Notes under the pieces: generated by a model
Told to the model about the DNA's origin: nothing
The model's database searches: none
The model's input: the letters and a program-made list of their open reading frames with translations, nothing else
Position numbers and translations under genes: made by a program
In this document: positions 44,795-53,917 of the stretch, one piece after another
How the letters are laid out: each line of letters begins with the position of its first letter
Position numbering within the stretch: position 1 is the first letter of the stretch
IMG/VR virus record: IMGVR_UViG_2974636330_000001
Span: 21,023 to 85,022 of that record
Source of the DNA: a virus
Lineage: Duplodnaviria > Heunggongvirae > Uroviricota > Caudoviricetes
Direction: 5' to 3' (one strand)
Length of the DNA stretch: 64,000 nucleotides

Positions 44795-45840
44795 TGGATA
44801 TCGTGACCTCCCTGAAGAACCCCCAGCGGCAGGGGCGCATCCATGACCTGATCACTCAGGTGATGAACAGTGGGAAGTACGCCGAAGGCCCGAAGCTGAA
44901 GGAGTTCGAGCGCATCCTGTCCGAACAGCACCGCATGTACTTCGCCACGGCGACGAACAGTTGCGGCTCGGCCCTGTTCGCGGTGTTCTCGTACCTGAAG
45001 TCTAAGGGCGCGGAGACGGTGGCGATCCAGAACAACACGTTCTACGCCACGGCGGCGATGGCGCTGGCAGCTGGCTTGAAGGTAGCTCTGGTGGACAACC
45101 GCAAGGACTGCCCGAGCATGTCGGTTGACAGCCTGCGGACCCTGCACAGCCAGATCAAGATCGACGCGGTGGTGCTGACCCATGTCGGTGGGTATCTGGC
45201 CAAGGACTACAGTTCGATTGCGGAGTTCTGCGAGTTCGAAGCGATCCCGCTGATCGAAGACGGGGCGCATTCGTACGGTGTCCGTGAGCGCGACCTGTTC
45301 GCCGGAGCGTTGGGCGTTGCCACGACCCTGAGCTTCTACCCGACCAAGAGCATCCCGATTGGTGAGGGCGGCGCGGTGATCACCCGCGATCCGGAACTGG
45401 ACCAGTACGTGCGTCGGTTCATCAGTTACGGCAAGCACGTCGAAGACGGCGTGATGAAGTACGACGGGATCGGCTTCAACTTCCGTATGTCTGAAGTGCA
45501 GGCAGCGGTCGGCATTGTCCAGCTGGAGAACGTGGACCAGATCGTCGGAGGCCGTGACCGTGATGCCCGTGTGCTGGCTCAGTTCATGGCTCCCCTCCTG
45601 AGCGGACCGACGAACTGGTACAAGTACATCGTGCCGAAGGCAGTCGGCTTCAAGACTGTCGGAGCGGTGTATACCGAAACCGACCAGATCACCGGGACTG
45701 GGTTGGAAGTAGCGACCCCGGTGTCGTTGGACAACAGCAAGAACTGGGCCGCCAGTCACATGTGTCTGCCGATTGGCGAAGGCATGTATGACGGGCTTTC
45801 GATGGAAGAAGTCTCCAACTACCTGAAGGGTGAAGCGTGA
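44794..45840 (+). CDS. DegT/DnrJ/EryC1/StrS-family PLP-dependent sugar aminotransferase
   Basis: TLSFYPTKSIPIGEGGAVIT (the PLP-lysine motif SFxxxKxxxxGEGG). Fold-type I layout. TGATG overlap. Confidence 0.75.
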   Translation: MDIVTSLKNPQRQGRIHDLITQVMNSGKYAEGPKLKEFERILSEQHRMYFATATNSCGSALFAVFSYLKSKGAETVAIQNNTFYATAAMALAAGLKVALVDNRKDCPSMSVDSLRTLHSQIKIDAVVLTHVGGYLAKDYSSIAEFCEFEAIPLIEDGAHSYGVRERDLFAGALGVATTLSFYPTKSIPIGEGGAVITRDPELDQYVRRFISYGKHVEDGVMKYDGIGFNFRMSEVQAAVGIVQLENVDQIVGGRDRDARVLAQFMAPLLSGPTNWYKYIVPKAVGFKTVGAVYTETDQITGTGLEVATPVSLDNSKNWAASHMCLPIGEGMYDGLSMEEVSNYLKGEA

Positions 45841-46517
45841 AAGTTCGTCAGACCGATGTGAGCGAAGCCGATATCAAGTCGGCCAAGATTTTCTTCGATG
45901 CGGTGCTGGGGTTCTTCGACCTGAGCAACGCGACCGTGCTGGATGCGTTCGCGCGTAACGGCCAGCTGACCGTCTCGAACTACCACGACCATGTGGGCGC
46001 GGTGGAGTGCTGGGAACTGGGGCCGGAGCATGAAGAAGCCCTGCGCAAGTACACCGACGAAGTGAAGATCGGCGACAGTTACAGTCTGCTGGATGGCATG
46101 GGTGCCAGCCTGTACGACATGATCGTGATCGACACCCCGCAGGGCCTGCACAAGGACAACCACGGAGCGGTGATGTGCGAGCATTTCGACTTCCTACCGC
46201 ACGCCATTTCGTTGCTGACCGAGGGAGGCATCGTCGTCCTGTACTGCAACAAGGCCCCGTACGACAAGGACAAGGAAGGCAGTCAGGGGTACGACGAGTA
46301 CGAAGAGTACGACTTCAAGAACTGGATGGCAGCCCGGCAGAACTTCTACAACGTCAGCAATGGCCGCGAAGTCGCAGAAGAAGACATGCTGATCGCGTAC
46401 CGTGATCTGATCGCAGACGAAGGCCGCGAGCTGGGCCGTGTCGTCATGATCCCGTGCTTCTCGGACGTACCGAACAAGGAACCGTACGCCTTCCGTCTGG
46501 CTCTCGAAATCCTGTAA
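45837..46517 (+). CDS. putative class-I SAM-dependent methyltransferase-like protein
   Basis: VLDAFARNG (motif-I-like) and DMIVIDTPQG (DPPY-like). Weak match; function uncertain. Confidence 0.3.
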   Translation: MKVRQTDVSEADIKSAKIFFDAVLGFFDLSNATVLDAFARNGQLTVSNYHDHVGAVECWELGPEHEEALRKYTDEVKIGDSYSLLDGMGASLYDMIVIDTPQGLHKDNHGAVMCEHFDFLPHAISLLTEGGIVVLYCNKAPYDKDKEGSQGYDEYEEYDFKNWMAARQNFYNVSNGREVAEEDMLIAYRDLIADEGRELGRVVMIPCFSDVPNKEPYAFRLALEIL

Positions 46518-46540
46518 CGGGCCGACAAGAAGTTCCACCC

Positions 46541-46572
46541 AAGGGCTGGTAGTGAAGTGCCAGCCCTTTTTC
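46541..46572 (+). terminator. rho-independent terminator after the sugar-cluster methyltransferase-like gene
   Basis: AGGGCTGGTAGTGAAGTGCCAGCCCTTTTTCA. Confidence 0.55.
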
Positions 46573-46577
46573 ATGAG

Positions 46578-46773
46578 GAAGATAAAGATGAGCAAGCTGG
46601 CCGAACGTTACAAAGAAGCCCTGAAGGAAGACCCCCGTTTCATCGACCCGGCAGCCGAAGCGGCAGAGCTGGAGCTGACCGTGGAAATGATCCGACAGCA
46701 TGTCAAGTCGCGCCTGTACAACGGCGACAACTACGACGTGATCCAGAAGATTCTCGGGGAGGATTTGCTATGA
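46578..46773 (+). CDS. small hypothetical protein
   Basis: ATG after AGGAAGATAAAG, downstream of the terminator AGGGCTGG...CCAGCCCTTTTT. Confidence 0.35.
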
Positions 46774-47192
46774 ACTGGAGTTGGGCCAAGGTGATGTGGC
46801 TGGGCCTCGTCATTGTGCTGTGCAGCCTCCTTCCGGAGAGCCTGCTCCCACGCCCACTGGGAGTGCTGATCGTCCTTGCAGTGCTTCTGGTGGTCCTGAT
46901 GATCGACCCCACGGCCATGCGCTCGGACTACTCAGGGCATCGGTGGATGTTGCGGGACCACTTCGAAGTCATGTTGGCCAGACGTGTGGTGGAGTACGAC
47001 GTACTGATCCAGCGCGGACTGCCGACACCAGAGCTTTCGGGGCTGAAATGTGAGATCGAGACGGCTACGAAGTACCTGTTCCGTCTGTTCCCACGGCGCT
47101 ACGTAGGGTGGACAGAGCTGGACCGCGACTGGGCAGATCGCGTACTATTGTCGGCAGACAAGACCCTTCTGGCGTACGTGGACCAACAATGA
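46770..47192 (+). CDS. membrane protein
   Basis: Two TM helices at the N-terminus. Confidence 0.4.
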   Translation: MNWSWAKVMWLGLVIVLCSLLPESLLPRPLGVLIVLAVLLVVLMIDPTAMRSDYSGHRWMLRDHFEVMLARRVVEYDVLIQRGLPTPELSGLKCEIETATKYLFRLFPRRYVGWTELDRDWADRVLLSADKTLLAYVDQQ

Positions 47193-48643
47193 AAATCCTG
47201 TTCGACGTGGTGTACACGAACCGACCGAGCGTCTGCTCGACCTCCTATTTGGTGTGGGAGCTGATCGAACGGTTGATGGAGTGGCGTGACGACATTTTCT
47301 TCTATGTCACGTACCCGCCGAACAAGATCAACGATGATGATCAGGAGTTTCTGGCACGGCACAGTGATCGGGTCCGTCTGCTGCCGGTGACCTCTGAACC
47401 GACCGACCGCGTGAGCGAACTGTTCTCGATCCCGCGCGAGCTGAAGAAGTATTTCGTACCGTGGAACAGCGAATGCTGGGACTATGACGTGGTGGTGAGC
47501 AGCCGCGTCCCGATGCTCGGAGCGTTCTGGCCCCACTTCGCACGGTACAGCGGCAGGAAGATGCCCGGCACCCGGGCCGTGTTCGGGCTGGAAGAAATGC
47601 CAGTGCTGCCGTTCCGAAAGACCGTGCCGTGGCACGAGCATCTGCATCTGCAATCAATTGCAAGTTACCTGCATTCGACCGGCATCCTGATCAACAACCA
47701 GTGGACGCTCACCGAGCTGAAGAAGGTGGGGCGTGATCTGCTGTCCCCGGCGCAGCTGAAGAAGCTGATGACCAAGGTCCACGAAGTGGTGCCGGTGCGC
47801 CTGACTCGCCTGAACCTGAAGAAAGACCTGACCGTAGGGGCGGAGTTCAACGTCACGTTCGTGGGCCGAGTGACCAGTACCCGAAACGTGGCGCAGGTGC
47901 TGGACCTGTTCCGTAAGCAGTTCGCGTACCCGATTGGGAAGACCGACATGCGGTTCCTGATCAGCACGAACAGCCTGTCGATGGGCGGCACCGACTACGG
48001 TGAGATGGACTTCATCGACATGCAGATGAACAACCGGAAGGAGTTCTACGAGTTCCTCGGCAAGGCACATGTCGCAGTCAACCTGACCCACGTAGAGGAT
48101 TTCAGCCTGTCCACGTGGGAGACCCTGCTCAACGGCGTGCCGGTGATCGTGTTGGATGAAGCATGGAACAGTTTCCTCGGGCCGGACTACCCGTTCCGGG
48201 TGAAGTCGCAGGTCGAGGCGTACGCCATGTTGAACGCCATGGTGAAAGACTATCCGGCCATGTACCAGAAGTTCGTGGACTGGGAAGCGTCGTACTGGGC
48301 CGCGTATGTGGACAGCGACAAGAACGTCACGACCTCGGAGAAGCTGATCGAGCTGATCGACAACTACGAGACGTGGCGCGATGGCCACCTGTCCGGAGAC
48401 GAACAGGGCAAGAGCTACAAGCTGGAGCTGGACGAGTTCCTGAAGGACGATCCGCAGGTGATCGACCTGACGGCCTACCTGAAGGACAAGAACAACGGAA
48501 CGGCCTTCCACGACGGCAAGTCGGAGTTCTTCTCCCTGCCGCTGGCGAAGGTGCCGAACAACCACCTGATCAAAGTGCTGGCTGGCCTGCGCGGCTACCG
48601 CGATACGAACCAAGTCGGCGTGATGGTGAAGGAGCAGCCGTGA
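47189..48643 (+). CDS. glycosyltransferase, GT-B fold (GT4-like)
   Basis: C-terminal EDFSLSTWETLLNGVPVIV matches the GT4 E-x7-E donor-binding motif. 484 aa. Confidence 0.65.
   Translation: MKILFDVVYTNRPSVCSTSYLVWELIERLMEWRDDIFFYVTYPPNKINDDDQEFLARHSDRVRLLPVTSEPTDRVSELFSIPRELKKYFVPWNSECWDYDVVVSSRVPMLGAFWPHFARYSGRKMPGTRAVFGLEEMPVLPFRKTVPWHEHLHLQSIASYLHSTGILINNQWTLTELKKVGRDLLSPAQLKKLMTKVHEVVPVRLTRLNLKKDLTVGAEFNVTFVGRVTSTRNVAQVLDLFRKQFAYPIGKTDMRFLISTNSLSMGGTDYGEMDFIDMQMNNRKEFYEFLGKAHVAVNLTHVEDFSLSTWETLLNGVPVIVLDEAWNSFLGPDYPFRVKSQVEAYAMLNAMVKDYPAMYQKFVDWEASYWAAYVDSDKNVTTSEKLIELIDNYETWRDGHLSGDEQGKSYKLELDEFLKDDPQVIDLTAYLKDKNNGTAFHDGKSEFFSLPLAKVPNNHLIKVLAGLRGYRDTNQVGVMVKEQP
47649..47662 (+). repeat. 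TGCAATCAATTGCA (in glycosyltransferase, LQSIA)
   Basis: exact match. Confidence 0.9.
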
Positions 48644-48951
48644 GCGACTACCTGATCAAGTCCATGATTCTGGCCGCAATCGCAGTAGTGATGGCGTTCC
48701 TGTTGTGGGGCCTGATCCGGGGCGTTCGGGAGAGTTTGCGTGCCTTGTGGTGGGTGCGTTATCAGCGTAGGATGATGGAACTGGGGGCGTGGCTCGACCG
48801 ATTCGAGACCCTGCAACCCGTGATTGTTTCGGAGGGGCGCAGGCTGGTAGCGGTGGAAGTAGCCGATGCAGATGCGGACCTGAGTTTGGAAAACTTCCTG
48901 AAGAAATATGGAGTGAACGAACGTGAGTTCTGCACCACTTACGGCCATTGA
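48640..48951 (+). CDS. membrane protein
   Basis: GTG overlapping the upstream stop; TM segment MILAAIAVVMAFLLWGLI. Confidence 0.35.
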   Translation: MSDYLIKSMILAAIAVVMAFLLWGLIRGVRESLRALWWVRYQRRMMELGAWLDRFETLQPVIVSEGRRLVAVEVADADADLSLENFLKKYGVNEREFCTTYGH

Positions 48952-49777
48952 AAAGACAGCGGCGCTTGGCCGAGTGATGCTGCCGGTCAGCAGTCTGTTC
49001 TCGAACGAGAAGAACCCGAACAAGATGAGCGATAAGGAGTTCAATCTCCTGTGCGACAACATCGAACGGGTGGGGATTACTGATCCGATCTTCGTGCGCG
49101 AACTGGAGGATGGGAAGTACCGTATCATCGGCGGCCACCACCGGTTCGAAGTGGCGAAGCTACTCGACTTCGTGGAAGTGCCCTGTACGGTGATCACCGA
49201 CCCGAACTTCTCGGAAGACGAAGAGTCGTTCCAAGTCATGCGCCACAATATGATCCGGGGTAAGCTCGACCCGGAGAAGTTCCAGCAGCTGTTTGCAGGG
49301 CTGAAGGAGCAGTACGCCGAAGACGTGATCGCGGAATCGTTCGGCTTCGCTGACGAGAAAGAGTTTGCCAAGGTCATGGCGCAGATGAAGAAGAAGCTGC
49401 CCAAGGACATGCAGGCAGCGTTCGAAGAAGCATCGAAAGAAATCAAGACCATCGACGGCCTGTCGAAGCTGTTGAATCGCCTGTTCTCGGAGCATGGCGA
49501 CACCCTGCCCTACGGCTACATGCTGATTGACTTCGGACAGAAGGACAGCATCTGGCTGCGTATGTCGAACGACACGCGCAAGGCGCTGCTGGAAGTGGGC
49601 AACCTGTGCAAGGCCCACGGACGGACCATGGATGATCTGCTGGGCGGCGTCGTGCAATCAATTGCAGCAGGCAACCACCCCGAACTGATGGCCCAGCTGG
49701 TGGCCAAGAGCAAGGAAGTGGTGATCCCCGAAGGGTTCAAGGAGTTGCCGACCGAGAATAATCTGGCGGTGGTCTGA
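48923..49777 (+). CDS. ParB-like nuclease domain protein
   Basis: KYRIIGGHHRFEVAKLL matches the ParB/Srx motif. Adjacent to the terminase genes, as often seen in phages. Confidence 0.55.
   Translation: MSSAPLTAIEKTAALGRVMLPVSSLFSNEKNPNKMSDKEFNLLCDNIERVGITDPIFVRELEDGKYRIIGGHHRFEVAKLLDFVEVPCTVITDPNFSEDEESFQVMRHNMIRGKLDPEKFQQLFAGLKEQYAEDVIAESFGFADEKEFAKVMAQMKKKLPKDMQAAFEEASKEIKTIDGLSKLLNRLFSEHGDTLPYGYMLIDFGQKDSIWLRMSNDTRKALLEVGNLCKAHGRTMDDLLGGVVQSIAAGNHPELMAQLVAKSKEVVIPEGFKELPTENNLAVV
49653..49666 (+). repeat. TGCAATCAATTGCA (in ParB-like gene, VQSIA)
   Basis: exact match. Confidence 0.9.
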
Positions 49778-50424
49778 TGGCCGCCGTCAAGTACGCCCGA
49801 ATCTTCGCCCTCGGGGAAGAGAAAGTAACCGTCATCAACAACATGTTGGCGGAGGGCAACAGCGCACAGGTAGTGGCTCGCCATATTCAAGGAGTGTGGG
49901 GTGAGTTCAAGGACGTAGCAGAGAAGACCCTGATGCAGCAGTTGTTGCGCTACCGGTCCGAACACTGCGAAAGTCCACAGGTACAACAGGAGCTGGCAGT
50001 AGACCCCAAAACCGAGCGGTTCAAGAAGGTCGAAGGCAAGCTGGATGTGCTGACCGAGATGATCGAACTGGCAGGGATGCAGAAGAAGCGTCTGAGAACG
50101 TTCCTCGACCGAGAGGAAACCCTGAAGATGCCGATCAAGGGGGTGTCGGAAGACATTTCCCTGTTGAACAACATGTACAAGGACATTCAGAAGGTGCAGT
50201 TCGACCTCGGTTTGGACCAGTACAATGGCCCCCTGATTCAGGGTGGCAAGCAAACCCAGTCCCGTACAGTCCACCCGGACGGCACGGTAGTCGAAGAAAG
50301 TACGACGGAAGTGATTTCAAGCACGCTGGAAGTGCTGGAGCAGTTCCGAATGAAGAAGCAGCAGCCAGCCATTGAGGGAGAGGCAAGTGTCGTCAGCGTT
50401 GATCCAGCAGGTGAACCAACTTAG
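49777..50424 (+). CDS. putative terminase small subunit
   Basis: Position directly upstream of TerL. N-terminal HTH-like KVTVINNMLAEGNSAQVVARHIQ. ATGA overlap. Confidence 0.35.
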   Translation: MAAVKYARIFALGEEKVTVINNMLAEGNSAQVVARHIQGVWGEFKDVAEKTLMQQLLRYRSEHCESPQVQQELAVDPKTERFKKVEGKLDVLTEMIELAGMQKKRLRTFLDREETLKMPIKGVSEDISLLNNMYKDIQKVQFDLGLDQYNGPLIQGGKQTQSRTVHPDGTVVEESTTEVISSTLEVLEQFRMKKQQPAIEGEASVVSVDPAGEPT

Positions 50425-52300
50425 TACAGAAATGTACGCCTACCTGCTGGAGAACCTCGGCCCACAGGACGGCAAGAAAGTATGGTTCCAAGGTCAGAAG
50501 ATTCACGACCTGCACGAACGTGCGAAGTTCTATGCGATGGTGGCGCAGGATATCGAGCTGATCCTGCGGGGAGAGCGTGCGCTCAATCTGGAGAACGAAG
50601 AGAAGTACAAGTGGCAACCGGTGGGAGTGCAGGAGTTCGTTGAGTCGCCCAACTACATGGATCGGCGCGGTGAGGTGTACCCGGCTGTCATGCAGGAGTT
50701 GGTCAACATCAACAGCGGCCAGTACCAAGAACTGGTGGCCACGGGCGGCATCGGCTCGGCCAAGACCACGATTGCCTTGTACACGATTGCGTATCAGGTG
50801 TACCTGATGAGCTGCCTGCGTAACCCGCACAGGTTGTTCGGACTGGACACGGCGTCGGAGTTGCTGATCATCTTCCAGTCGTTGAACGCGGCGATTGCGA
50901 AGGACAGTTTCAGCCGCTTCACGTCGATGGTGGAGAACAGCCCGTATTTCCAGAACCACTTCATGTTCAACAAGGAACTGAAGTCGCGTCTGGTGTTCCC
51001 GAACCGTATCGAAGTACGACCGATCTCTGGTCAGGAGTCCGGCGCGATTGGTCAGAACGTCATCGGCGGTTTGATCGATGAGCTGAATTACATGTCCATC
51101 GTAGAGAAGTCCAAGCAGTCGGTGGACAAGGGCACGTACGATCAGGCAGTGGCGCTGTACAACTCCATCGCCCGACGCCGAAAGTCTCGATTCATGAAGA
51201 ACGGCAAGATGCCGGGCATGTTGTGTCTGGTGTCCTCGAAACGTTACCCGGGACAGTTCACGGATATCAAGGAAGAAGAGGCCCGGAACGACCCGACGAT
51301 CTACATCTATGACAAGCGCGTGTGGGACGTGAAGCCGGAGGGTACGTTCTCGGGTGAGACGTTCTTCGTATTCGTGGGTGACGAAACGCGCAAGCCGAAG
51401 GTGCTGGAAGAGGAAGAGCAGGTCGAGGACGAAGATCGTCATCTGGTGATGGCCATCCCGGTGGAGTTCCGCGACGACTTCGACGGCCCCGGCGCGGATA
51501 TCATCAATGCCCTGCGCGAAATCGCAGGCGTCAGTACGCTGGCCCGGCATCCGTACTTCTCGAACACGAACGCCGTCGCCGCTGGTATGGGGACGCACGA
51601 AAGCATCTTCAGTCGGGAAGAAATCGACTTCGTGCAGACGAAGGCTGCGGTGTATCCGAAGCTGTTCTACAAGCCAGAACTGCCCCGATTCGCTCACATC
51701 GACTTGGCAATCTCGGGAGACAGTGCGGGTCTGGCCATCGGAACGGTGACTGGATTCGCGTCCATGAAGGAACTGGGCTACGGCGACAACGCGAACGAGA
51801 TGATGCCGATCATCCACTATGACGGGATGCTCGAAATCATGCCGCCGAAGGGTGGCGAAATCCTGTTCTGGAAGATCAGAGAGATTTTGGTCAAGCTGCG
51901 CGAGATGGGACTGAACATTCGGTGGGTGACCTTCGATAGCTTCCAGTCCACCGACAGCATCCAGTTGCTGCGAGCGCAGGGGTTTGTCACCGGCCAGATT
52001 TCCATGGATACGTCGGCCAGGCCATACGACACGTTGAAGAGCGCGTTCTACTCGGGCCGGGTCAAGGCACCGAAGCATAAGCGGGCACAAAAGGAGCTTG
52101 TCTCGCTGGAAAAAGACAGTAAAACTGGTAAAATCGATCACCCAGCCTCCGGATCGAAGGACGTAAGCGATGCGATGGCGGGTGTGGCATACGGCCTGAC
52201 CAACCGTCGAGAGATTTGGTCGATGTACGGCATCCCCATGGTGACTGTCCCGCAATCAATTGCAGTTGCGATGGACAAGTCTGAGCAGAAAATCGTCTAA
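50372..52300 (+). CDS. terL: terminase large subunit
   Basis: ATPase Walker A VATGGIGSAKTT and Walker B GLIDELNYM. C-terminal RNaseH-like nuclease (HIDLAISGDSAGLAIG...). Start ambiguous; in-frame candidates at 50372, 50411 (GTG) and 50432 (ATG). Confidence 0.8.
   Translation: MRERQVSSALIQQVNQLSTEMYAYLLENLGPQDGKKVWFQGQKIHDLHERAKFYAMVAQDIELILRGERALNLENEEKYKWQPVGVQEFVESPNYMDRRGEVYPAVMQELVNINSGQYQELVATGGIGSAKTTIALYTIAYQVYLMSCLRNPHRLFGLDTASELLIIFQSLNAAIAKDSFSRFTSMVENSPYFQNHFMFNKELKSRLVFPNRIEVRPISGQESGAIGQNVIGGLIDELNYMSIVEKSKQSVDKGTYDQAVALYNSIARRRKSRFMKNGKMPGMLCLVSSKRYPGQFTDIKEEEARNDPTIYIYDKRVWDVKPEGTFSGETFFVFVGDETRKPKVLEEEEQVEDEDRHLVMAIPVEFRDDFDGPGADIINALREIAGVSTLARHPYFSNTNAVAAGMGTHESIFSREEIDFVQTKAAVYPKLFYKPELPRFAHIDLAISGDSAGLAIGTVTGFASMKELGYGDNANEMMPIIHYDGMLEIMPPKGGEILFWKIREILVKLREMGLNIRWVTFDSFQSTDSIQLLRAQGFVTGQISMDTSARPYDTLKSAFYSGRVKAPKHKRAQKELVSLEKDSKTGKIDHPASGSKDVSDAMAGVAYGLTNRREIWSMYGIPMVTVPQSIAVAMDKSEQKIV
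52251..52264 (+). repeat. CGCAATCAATTGCA (in terL 3' end, PQSIA)
   Basis: first base C instead of T. Confidence 0.8.
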
Positions 52301-52311
52301 CGGAGCAAAGA

Positions 52312-53205
52312 GTGACTATCCAAGCCAAGGCCGTGATACTGGCCGACAGTATCTGCAACGGGATCAGGTTGTTGACCTTCCAGTTGCAGTACCAGCGGTT
52401 CATCCATGCGGAGTTCATGACCCACCGGGTGTTCTCCCGGAACGCAGGGTCGAGCCGAGCGAAACCTGTCCAGAAAGTGCTGGAGCAGGTGCGTACGAAC
52501 CCGGCGATGCCGTGCCACTGGGGCCTGAATCAGGCGGGTATGCAGGCCGACCACGAGAACGACGCCATCGTGTGGTATCCGGAGTACATGCGGAAGCCGT
52601 TGCAGGTGTTCCTCGGCATTCCGGATGAAGAGCTGGATGACGTGGAGCTGGGCCTGCTGCCGGAGTCGGCATGGAAGTTCAGTGCATGGCTGGCCACCGT
52701 GAGTGCAGAGGCATTCGACGCGGCGAAGTACCACAAGCAGGTGGTGAACCGTCTGCTGGAGCCGTACCAGTTCATCGACGTGGTAATGTCCACGACCGAT
52801 CTGCGCAACTGGAATGGCCTGCGCGATCACAAGCTGGCACAGCCTGAAATCCAAGTGCTGGCCAAGGTGATGAAGGAAGCGGTGAAGAACAGCACGCCGC
52901 GTCAGCTGAAGAAGGGCGAATGGCATCTGCCGTACATCAGCGACGAAGAACGCAAGATCATCAGCGCTCCGATGGTGCTGGCTGAAATCAGTGCGGCACG
53001 TACGGCGCGGGTGAGCATCACCCCGTTCGGCGAGAATGTGGTGTCCATCAAGAAGGACTTGGCACTGGCAGAACAGCTGGCTTCGGCCAACCCGATGCAC
53101 GCCAGCCCGTTCGAACACCCGGCACAGGCCATGGGCGACAGCAAGAAGTACGGCAACTTCGTCGGCTTCAAGCAGCTGCGCCAGTACAAGGAGGAGGCGG
53201 CATGA
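52312..53205 (+). CDS. thyX: flavin-dependent thymidylate synthase ThyX
   Basis: ThyX signature (R/T)HR-x7-S as FMTHRVFSRNAGSSRA. GTG start after GGAGCAAAGA. Confidence 0.65.
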   Translation: MTIQAKAVILADSICNGIRLLTFQLQYQRFIHAEFMTHRVFSRNAGSSRAKPVQKVLEQVRTNPAMPCHWGLNQAGMQADHENDAIVWYPEYMRKPLQVFLGIPDEELDDVELGLLPESAWKFSAWLATVSAEAFDAAKYHKQVVNRLLEPYQFIDVVMSTTDLRNWNGLRDHKLAQPEIQVLAKVMKEAVKNSTPRQLKKGEWHLPYISDEERKIISAPMVLAEISAARTARVSITPFGENVVSIKKDLALAEQLASANPMHASPFEHPAQAMGDSKKYGNFVGFKQLRQYKEEAA

Positions 53206-53612
53206 GCGGCACCGTCAGCACGACCGGCAAGGAACTGGACCCGAACGGCGTCCATCATCCGAAGCATTACAACGTCCATCCGTCCGGGGTGGAGACCATC
53301 GAAGTCATCCGCCACCTTCCCTACGACCTCGGCGCAGCGTTCAAGTACGTCGTCCGCTGGCGGGAGAAGGACGGTAAGAAGGACTTGGAAAAAGCCCTGT
53401 GGTATCTGGCCGATCTGAAGAGCCACCCGTTCATCACGTACTCCAGTTCGTACGCAGGCAGCGTGATCCTCAACGTACGGAAGTACCGCGACACGGCTAC
53501 GGACGAAGCGGAGGCCCTGTTCTACGACGCAGTGCTGGGCTACATGTCCGGAAGTGGTGCGGCGGTGGAACGCATGATCGCACAGGTGAAAAACCTGCTC
53601 GAAAAAGCGTAA
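53202..53612 (+). CDS. DUF3310-like phage protein
   Basis: PKHYNVHPSGVETIEVI...AFKYVVRW is reminiscent of the DUF3310 conserved blocks, a family often found next to nucleotide-metabolism genes in phages. Confidence 0.4.
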   Translation: MSGTVSTTGKELDPNGVHHPKHYNVHPSGVETIEVIRHLPYDLGAAFKYVVRWREKDGKKDLEKALWYLADLKSHPFITYSSSYAGSVILNVRKYRDTATDEAEALFYDAVLGYMSGSGAAVERMIAQVKNLLEKA

Positions 53613-53616
53613 AAAT

Positions 53617-53682
53617 AGGCGAAATAAAGGTGAAAGCCCTTCCATATGGTGGGGCTTTTGCTATTCTAAGTGCATGGAAACC
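53617..53682 (+). promoter_or_regulatory. GGCGAAATAAAGGTGAAA repeats, terminator hairpin (GCCCTTCCATATGGTGGGGCTTTT) fused to -10 TATTCT
   Basis: Same cassette type. Confidence 0.45.
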
Positions 53683-53916
53683 ATGACTATCGCCAACATG
53701 AAGAACTGGACCGTCCTGTACTACGGGAACAAGGTCGGTGAAATCAAGGCATACGACGCCATGTACGCTCAGGCTAAGGCAGAAGTGATGTTCGCCAAGC
53801 TGGGTGACGGCCCGATCACCGTGGAGCAGATCGTGGAGGAAGAGCCGGTTGCAATCAATTGCAGTGGCCTGATCCTCGGCAACGATCAGTTCGACATGTC
53901 TTTGTACGGAGTCTGA
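53683..53916 (+). CDS. small hypothetical protein
   Basis: ATG after a terminator plus TATTCT -10. Confidence 0.45.
   Translation: MTIANMKNWTVLYYGNKVGEIKAYDAMYAQAKAEVMFAKLGDGPITVEQIVEEEPVAINCSGLILGNDQFDMSLYGV
53850..53863 (+). repeat. TGCAATCAATTGCA (in CDS, other frame: AINC)
   Basis: exact match. Confidence 0.9.
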
Positions 53917-53917
53917 C

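Noticed and set aside
50393-52255. 620-aa minus-strand ORF covering terL
   Set aside because: TerL on the + strand has unambiguous ATPase and nuclease motifs. The antisense frame is an artefact.
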